In this document: positions 57,982 through 64,000 of the stretch, piece by piece
Numbering within the stretch: the stretch's first letter is position 1
Layout: every line of letters begins with the position of its first letter
Translations under genes and position numbers: made by a program
NCBI GenBank assembly: GCA_040905385.1
Contig: JBBDRP010000002.1
Coordinates: forward strand, 21,337-85,336
From: Minisyncoccota bacterium
Lineage (GTDB): Bacteria; Patescibacteriota; Minisyncoccia; Phycocordibacterales; SW-6-46-9
DNA length: 64,000 nt
Direction: 5' to 3'
Notes under the pieces: model-generated
The model's database searches: none
The model's input: only the letters and a program-made list of their open reading frames with translations
What the model was told of the DNA's origin: nothing

Positions 57982-58232
57982 TATATCTACATGATACCCG
58001 CATCCTCCGTTTCAATCCAATTTCTAACAAAAGTAAGCAATTAAAATTTTAAAATCGCTTATTCTGGCTAAATCTATGTTTTTGCATTAAATATAGCCCT
58101 AATAATAGGGATATATTTAAAAATTACAGAATAAGCGATTTACTGCAAATAAGTACTTGACAAATAATTTATATGTTGTAATATACACTCAGACTTAAAA
58201 AACAAATAACCAACAAATTCCGAGGTACTGCT

Positions 58233-58628
58233 ATGAAAATTCAATCTCTGTTACGTTTAGCCCTCCTGACGATCCTTTTAGCAGCTATCAATACCAGCTG
58301 CGTAGATTTTCGAGCTGTTGTAGCCAGTAGTGCAGGAGATGCCTGTATACGAGTTCCTAACTACATCAGTCCAGAGTATGAACTTCACGTTCGTACAGGA
58401 ATATCCTCGATGAAACAAATCGAGTACCAGGAATCGAAAACTTTCTACATTCCGGTGAAGGAAAATAGTAATTATGCGCGAACCGATCTCTCAGCGATGG
58501 TTGTTGATAAAGCTACCAACCGAACTGTCAACTCCCACAAAGAAGAAGTCAGTTTTAGAAAAAGAGATGTTGGTTGTGCAATAATTCAGATATCAAATCC
58601 AGATGAAATTAGATTCGATATTGAGTAA
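58233..58628 (+). CDS. ORFan putative lipoprotein
   Basis: Hydrophobic signal ending INTS-C. TTGACA 58157 promoter, GAGGT SD, terminator 58655-58688. Confidence 0.65.
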   Translation: MKIQSLLRLALLTILLAAINTSCVDFRAVVASSAGDACIRVPNYISPEYELHVRTGISSMKQIEYQESKTFYIPVKENSNYARTDLSAMVVDKATNRTVNSHKEEVSFRKRDVGCAIIQISNPDEIRFDIE

Positions 58629-58761
58629 AAAATGTTCCTTAAACTAAAATTCACAAAAACCACCACGTTATACGTGGTGGTTTTTTTTATTTACAAACAG
58701 GAAAAAGTTGGTATAATCATGTTAGTTTCATTGAAAATTCAAACAAAACCAAAAGGTGTTT

Positions 58762-59328
58762 ATGGCGCGTTTATTAGTTCCAATCTTACTTCTGCTCATC
58801 CTATCCACTGGCTGTACATCCATTGTTGAAAGTGAGTATGAAGATAGTGAGCCTCGTGACGTACGAGGTGTTAGTGTCTCGACTCTTGGCATTCTTCCTA
58901 TTGAAGAAATTCTGGATCGAGAAAATATAAAAGTGGTGTGGGATACACCAACCATAATAAAAAAATCCTTACGAGAAGGTAGGTTCTATGTTGACAGTAT
59001 TCTGGTTCATCGAGCCAATACGTTAAAGAGCCGTTTTCTTCTCGAGCTACAGTCAGATTCTTACGACAGAACACCTCGCTTTGTCTTCCATCCCAATGAG
59101 CTCCCGGATCCGTCCGGAAAACTGTACCAGTATGTACCTGCCCGAATCCTGTCTCGATGGGATGAGACAGCAGACGGTCTTGTATCTAAGTATGAACCTG
59201 AAGATTACCTGCGTTCGATTAAGACGAGTCACTTCTTTGCTCAGACTGACTCGTTGAAAATCATGGCAAGAAAAGTACATGATTTCAATCGGGTTGGTAT
59301 CAATACAATGTTCTACGTTGTAAAATAA
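58762..59328 (+). CDS. ORFan putative lipoprotein
   Basis: MARLLVPILLLLILSTG-C lipobox. TTTACA-16-TATAAT, AAAGGTG SD, own terminator. Confidence 0.7.
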   Translation: MARLLVPILLLLILSTGCTSIVESEYEDSEPRDVRGVSVSTLGILPIEEILDRENIKVVWDTPTIIKKSLREGRFYVDSILVHRANTLKSRFLLELQSDSYDRTPRFVFHPNELPDPSGKLYQYVPARILSRWDETADGLVSKYEPEDYLRSIKTSHFFAQTDSLKIMARKVHDFNRVGINTMFYVVK

Positions 59329-59391
59329 TTATGTTATCAAAAGGCCGCTTACGCTTATGTAAGGGGTCTTTTTTCATGTCTACGTGCTACT

Positions 59392-59856
59392 ATGGAGGTA
59401 ATGATTGCTTCTGCCACACGCACGATTTCGGGCCCTGGTGAGCTGCGTGATTTTGCAACGAATCTGGCTGACAACCTCGCTCCTGAGCCACATGAAGCTA
59501 CAGTGGTAGGACTCGTCGGGCCGCTTGGGGTGGGGAAGACGGCGCTTGCCGGTGAGCTGCTGGCTGCCTACGGTGTTGAGGGGCCGGTGACGAGCCCAAC
59601 CTACACAATCGAGACAGTCTACTGGCTGCCGAATGGTCCATTTTCGCATGCGTATCATCTGGATACGTACCGGCTGGATGGCTCTAATGATTTGGAGGCA
59701 CTTGATTTCGAGCGTCGCCTGGAAAATCCAGAAAACCTGATTCTAATAGAGTGGGCAGACAAGATCAGCGATATTCTTACAGGAAAGACACTTTACATTG
59801 ATATGCTCTTTGGAGAGGCGGAGGACGAGCGGATAATCAAAACCTATTATGAGTAA
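59392..59856 (+). CDS. tsaE: tRNA t6A biosynthesis ATPase TsaE
   Basis: GPLGVGKT, VTSPTY, HLDTYRL, LIEWA. Confidence 0.93.
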   Translation: MEVMIASATRTISGPGELRDFATNLADNLAPEPHEATVVGLVGPLGVGKTALAGELLAAYGVEGPVTSPTYTIETVYWLPNGPFSHAYHLDTYRLDGSNDLEALDFERRLENPENLILIEWADKISDILTGKTLYIDMLFGEAEDERIIKTYYE

Positions 59857-62236
59857 ATCATACAAAAAACGTCTTGTGCTTCTGGACGGCAACGCGATCC
59901 TTCATCGTGGGTATCACGCTCTGCCAGACTTTTCTACCCAGGACGGTCGACCAACCGGGGCGCTGTACGGGCTGTGTCTGATGCTTCTGGGAATAATTAA
60001 GGATCTCGAGCCGGATGAAATTGTGGCGTGTTTTGACCTGGCGGCTCCAACCCACCGGCACGAAAAATTTGCCGACTACAAGGCGCACCGGCCCAAAACT
60101 GATGACGCGCTTATATCCCAGATCAAGCAGGCGCGAGAGGTGCTGGAGGCCTTCTCGATTCCGTACTACGAGCTGGAGGGTTTCGAGGCTGATGATCTTT
60201 TGGGGACTATTGCTGAAGACATGAAGGAGGAAGCGTCGGTACAGGTAGTGATTGCATCCGGCGACCACGACACATTGCAGTTGGTTGAAGATGAAAAGAC
60301 CCTGGTATACACCCAGCGACGCGGCATTAAGGATACGATTCTTTACGACGAGGAGGGGGTAAAGAAGAAGTACGGTTTTGCCCCCGAATACTTACCAGAC
60401 TTTAAGGGGATGAGTGGTGACTCGTCAGACAATATTCCCGGCATAAAAGGAGTCGGTGAAAAGACAGCAACACGGGTAATCGAAAGCTTCGGTCATCTAG
60501 AGGATATTTACCGAGAGCTGGCGGAAAATCAGGATGATGTTGCTTTTGTTGATGCTGGGCTAACAACACGGTTTATTAATCTGCTGCGTGAGGGCAAGGA
60601 CAAGGCGATGTTTTCCAAGGATCTGGCAACGATTCGTCTAGATGCACCGATTGATTTTTCTCTACCGGATAAAGGTTGGCGCGATCGACTGGATCAGGAG
60701 AAGATTAATAATATATTTACCGAGCTTGAGTTTGGCTCACTGCGTAGCCGGGTGGCAGAAGAGTTGTTTGCAGATACCGCCGACGATGACGAAGAGGAGT
60801 CCAGTCATGACGCGAAGAAAAGCCTGCCTGTTGAGGAGATCGAGGAGCTAAAGATTGCCTTATGGCTGTGTGATTCTTCTAAAACTGATCCGGACGAAGA
60901 AGATATTCTGGCTTACACTGACAAGGCGACACTCGCAACCACCAAAAAACCTTTAATGGATGAGCTGGAAAAGAAGGAACTGATGGAGGTTTTTAATACT
61001 ATAGAAAAACCACTGATCCCAATCGTTCAGAAGATGAAAGAGGTGGGCATAAAGATAGACGAGGATTATCTGGATACATTGTCGACCGAGTACCAGAAGA
61101 AGCTAGATAAAATCGAGAAGAAGATCTACAAAGAAGCCGACCAGGCGTTCAATATCAACTCACCCCAACAGCTTGCTGAGGTAATGTTTACGGAGATGGA
61201 GATTCCTACCAAAGGTTTAGCCAAGACATCGACCGGGGCGGTATCCACCCGCGAGTCAGAGTTGGAGAAGCTGGCCGACGAACATAAGATTGCCGAGCTG
61301 ATGCTGCTGTATCGGGAGGTTCAGAAGCTGCTTTCGACCTATATCAATGTACTGCCAGAACGCATTGGTGAGGATGGGCGCCTCCATGCCGACTTTATTC
61401 AAAGCGGCACCACGACCGGTCGGATGAGTTCAAAAAATCCTAACCTGCAGAACATTCCAATTCGCTCAAAAGATGGAAGAAAGATCCGGGGGGCTTTTGT
61501 GTCCGAAAAAGATAGCAAACTGGTGGCGCTTGATTACTCACAGATCGAGCTTCGGATTGCTGCCTGGTTGTCTGGCGACGAGCGGCTGATTCAGGTGTTT
61601 AAGGATGGTCGAGATATCCACGGGGCCGTGGCAGCCGATGTTTTCTCGGTTGATGAGTCTGAGGTTACAAAGAACCAGCGCTCCAAGGCTAAGGTGATTA
61701 ATTTTGGCATTCTGTACGGTATGGGGGTGGATGCACTGCGTCGTAATCTGGGTGACGGTACATCTCGAGATGAAGCCCAGGCGTACCTGGATCAGTACTT
61801 CGAAAGCTACGTTGGCATCGCGGATTTTATGGAGGAGAAGAAGCAGGAGGTACGCGAGCAGGGGTATACGACAACCTACTTTGGCCGCCGTCGGTACTTT
61901 CCAGAGATCTACTCCAGCCGATCCTGGATTCAGGCGCAGGCAGAACGAATGGCGATAAATGCACCGGTGCAGGGAACGCAGGCAGACATCATAAAGCGAG
62001 CCATGATTGCTGTTGATGCGTATCTAGAGAAGGAAGGTCTCGATGAGGAGGTACATCTGCTGCTGCAGGTGCATGATGAGCTTATTTACGAGATTCCGGA
62101 TGAGCGAGTAGAGGCAGTGGCAGGCGAAATAAAAAGAATCATGGAGTCGGTGCTTCCAACTGAGGAGACAGCCGGTATTGAACTGATTGCTGATGTGTCG
62201 GTCGGGGAGCGCTGGAATGAGCTAAAATCACGTTAA
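59849..62236 (+). CDS. polA: DNA polymerase I (3'-5' exonuclease domain reduced)
   Basis: 5'-3' exo EADD, GDSSDNIPG. Polymerase PNLQNIP, DYSQIELR, AKVINFGILYG, QVHDE. Confidence 0.97.
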   Translation: MSKSYKKRLVLLDGNAILHRGYHALPDFSTQDGRPTGALYGLCLMLLGIIKDLEPDEIVACFDLAAPTHRHEKFADYKAHRPKTDDALISQIKQAREVLEAFSIPYYELEGFEADDLLGTIAEDMKEEASVQVVIASGDHDTLQLVEDEKTLVYTQRRGIKDTILYDEEGVKKKYGFAPEYLPDFKGMSGDSSDNIPGIKGVGEKTATRVIESFGHLEDIYRELAENQDDVAFVDAGLTTRFINLLREGKDKAMFSKDLATIRLDAPIDFSLPDKGWRDRLDQEKINNIFTELEFGSLRSRVAEELFADTADDDEEESSHDAKKSLPVEEIEELKIALWLCDSSKTDPDEEDILAYTDKATLATTKKPLMDELEKKELMEVFNTIEKPLIPIVQKMKEVGIKIDEDYLDTLSTEYQKKLDKIEKKIYKEADQAFNINSPQQLAEVMFTEMEIPTKGLAKTSTGAVSTRESELEKLADEHKIAELMLLYREVQKLLSTYINVLPERIGEDGRLHADFIQSGTTTGRMSSKNPNLQNIPIRSKDGRKIRGAFVSEKDSKLVALDYSQIELRIAAWLSGDERLIQVFKDGRDIHGAVAADVFSVDESEVTKNQRSKAKVINFGILYGMGVDALRRNLGDGTSRDEAQAYLDQYFESYVGIADFMEEKKQEVREQGYTTTYFGRRRYFPEIYSSRSWIQAQAERMAINAPVQGTQADIIKRAMIAVDAYLEKEGLDEEVHLLLQVHDELIYEIPDERVEAVAGEIKRIMESVLPTEETAGIELIADVSVGERWNELKSR

Positions 62237-62238
62237 GT

Positions 62239-62949
62239 ATGTTTTACGTTTATCACGGAAAAAATATTCATCGTCGTCAGCAGGCGCTTGGGAAGCTGCG
62301 GGAAGGACTGCTCCAGAAGCGTCCGGAGGCCGAGGTATTTGAGATCGATGCCGACACCTTCAGCGTTGATCGTATCGAGGAGCTAACGGTCGGCCGTGGC
62401 CTGTTCGAAGAAAAGTACATTGTATTTCTATTTCATGTTCTTTCCACCGATCATGGTCAAGAGGCCTTGCTGGAGCGTCTTGAGGCGCTCGGGACGGCCG
62501 AACATATCTTTATCCTTATCGAGGATGAGGTAAAAAAGACGCACCTAAAAAAGCTCGAAAAGCATGCCGAGGCTACGCAGGAGTTCGCTGGCAAAGGGGA
62601 GGGCGAGGAGTACAAGCCCTTTCCGCTGTCCGATGCGTACGGTCGTCGGGATAAGCGCGGTGCCTGGATTGAGCTACAGAAGGCTCGCGAGGCCAACCAG
62701 CGGGCCGAGTCAGTACATGGGATACTGGCCTGGCAAACGCGCCTGATGCTGCTGGCTAAGGAGTGTAAGACAGCCGACGAGGCCGGTGTCTCAGCCTATC
62801 CATTTAAAAAGGCAAAAAACTTCGGCCGCAATTTTTCGGCTGCTGAGTTAGCTGACAATATGCAGCAACTGGTGTGGATGTATCATAACGCTCATCGTGG
62901 CAGATATGATCTGCACGATGCGATGGAGCAGTTTCTTTTAGAGATTTAA
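62239..62949 (+). CDS. holA: DNA polymerase III delta subunit-like protein
   Basis: YVYHG, GLFEEKYIV, C-terminal helical collar (YPFKKA), shortened. Confidence 0.65.
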   Translation: MFYVYHGKNIHRRQQALGKLREGLLQKRPEAEVFEIDADTFSVDRIEELTVGRGLFEEKYIVFLFHVLSTDHGQEALLERLEALGTAEHIFILIEDEVKKTHLKKLEKHAEATQEFAGKGEGEEYKPFPLSDAYGRRDKRGAWIELQKAREANQRAESVHGILAWQTRLMLLAKECKTADEAGVSAYPFKKAKNFGRNFSAAELADNMQQLVWMYHNAHRGRYDLHDAMEQFLLEI

Positions 62950-63036
62950 GCTACACAGATTGTGTCCTGTAGTACCATTGCCGCAAACTTCAAAAATCCA
63001 GTAATTATGGTACTATTTCGTCTGTGAAAAGAAGAT

Positions 63037-63110
63037 CCGCCCATAGCTCAGCCCGGTAGAGCAGCTCCCTTTTAAGGAGACGGCCCTTGGTTCGAATCCA
63101 AGTGGGCGGA
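63037..63110 (+). tRNA. tRNA-Lys(TTT)
   Basis: CCGCCCA/TGGGCGG acceptor, CTTTTAA anticodon loop, GGTTCGAATCC T-arm. CCA not encoded. Confidence 0.93.
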
Positions 63111-63115
63111 CAATA

Positions 63116-63577
63116 ATGCAAGCAATTCTCCATAACATTCGTAGTATTTATAATGTCGCCTCGATATTTCGGACGGCCGACGGGCTGGGTGTCCAGCAGC
63201 TGATTCTTTCGGGGTTTACGCCGGCGCCAGTGGATCGCTTTGGCCGCGACCGGGAAAAATTTCAAAAAGTAGCTCTTGGGTCCGAATTGACAGTTACCTG
63301 GCAGCAGACTGATGATGTATTTCGGAAAATCACTGAGCTGCAGGATGAAGGGGTAGAGGTGCTGGCCTGTGAACCAACGGAGGCGGCAATTGATTACCGC
63401 ACATGTGATTCTAACGATAACATTTGCCTTGTCTTTGGTAGTGAGCCAGATGGCCTACCAGATGATGTAATAGCGGCCTGCGATAGGGTAATAGAGATAC
63501 CAATGCAGGGCCAGAAAAGTTCACTTAATGTATCCGTTGCTTTCGGCATAATCTCGGCTAATCTTATTGACAAGTAA
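63116..63577 (+). CDS. TrmH/SpoU family RNA methyltransferase
   Basis: LHNIRSIYNVASIFRTAD, FGSEPDG, IPMQG..SSLNVSVA. Confidence 0.93.
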   Translation: MQAILHNIRSIYNVASIFRTADGLGVQQLILSGFTPAPVDRFGRDREKFQKVALGSELTVTWQQTDDVFRKITELQDEGVEVLACEPTEAAIDYRTCDSNDNICLVFGSEPDGLPDDVIAACDRVIEIPMQGQKSSLNVSVAFGIISANLIDK

Positions 63578-63638
63578 TCTTAATAAAAGCATACTATACA
63601 TAGATAATAATCTTTCAAATCTAAAAAAAGAGGTCACT

Positions 63639-64000
63639 ATGATGATTCAGAAAAAGAATTATTATATAAGCACTCAAGGAAAATTAACTAACAGAAAGGA
63701 GGAAGTTTGGATTTTTCTTTCTCTACTCTTTTTCATGCTTGTGACTTTTATGTCCAGCATAAGAATGGTTATGATTATTGGAGGTATCGGTATTATTCTT
63801 ATTTCGATAAGGAATATACTGGTTTTCTTTGAGAAGAGAAGAGAGGAAAAAATACAAATAATGCCAAGTACTTGCAAGAAGGGTGAGTTGACCTGTCAGT
63901 CAGGAAATTATGAAGGCTTACTGCCAGAAAACTTATCATTTAGTGATAGACTAAAATATCATAATTTTTCTAACAGACTATTTATTTTTAATCGTAGATT
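63639..64000 (+). CDS. ORFan membrane protein (partial, runs off the window)
   Basis: MMIQKKNYY...two TMs, open to the end. TTGACA 63567-17-CATACT, AGAGGT SD. Confidence 0.6.
   Translation, partial: MMIQKKNYYISTQGKLTNRKEEVWIFLSLLFFMLVTFMSSIRMVMIIGGIGIILISIRNILVFFEKRREEKIQIMPSTCKKGELTCQSGNYEGLLPENLSFSDRLKYHNFSNRLFIFNRR

Noticed and set aside
380-63877. Numerous antisense or nested ORFs in the track (e.g. 24230, 24691, 32852, 47936, 55035, 63674)
   Set aside because: Shadows of well-supported genes on another strand or frame.
1-64000. Stop-codon reassignment (code 25) as in Gracilibacteria/Absconditabacteria
   Set aside because: Conserved genes are full length under code 11, and pcrA, ruvC and tsaE end in TGA.

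Overview
Core-chromosome segment of a Patescibacteria (CPR, Parcubacteria-like) genome, genetic code 11, with a strongly acidic, halophile-like core proteome. It spans pgk-tpiA, nusA, ppa, tig-clpP, rny, HU, five tRNAs, cca, rpsO, comM/yifB, pcrA, rsmA, the CPR VirB4/PrgI/VirB6/pilin (T4SS-like) cluster, the yidC-rnpA-dnaA-dnaN origin region, PBP1a, tyrS, ruvC-yebC-ruvB, pilB, tsaE-polA-holA and trmH. No transposase, integrase or CRISPR array is visible. The most interesting signal lies outside the housekeeping genes. (1) Four of five tRNAs are followed by 150-200 bp structured modules from two families. Each module carries an antisense copy and a direct duplicate of the 3' end of its own host tRNA around a shared, covarying core, and one copy is circularly permuted. 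(2) About eight AT-rich ORFan cassettes use canonical TTGACA/-10 promoters, Shine-Dalgarno sites and terminators, while core genes look leaderless. Their products include a stand-alone FCB-type RNA polymerase alpha-CTD and lipoproteins, and three have their -35 box supplied by a dispersed palindromic repeat. (3) Further covarying hairpin repeat families occur, two of them inserted in frame inside pgk. (4) A parS-like cluster is encoded inside cca, flanked by DnaA-box clusters about 30 kb from dnaA. All homology calls are from motif recognition by eye, not database searches.
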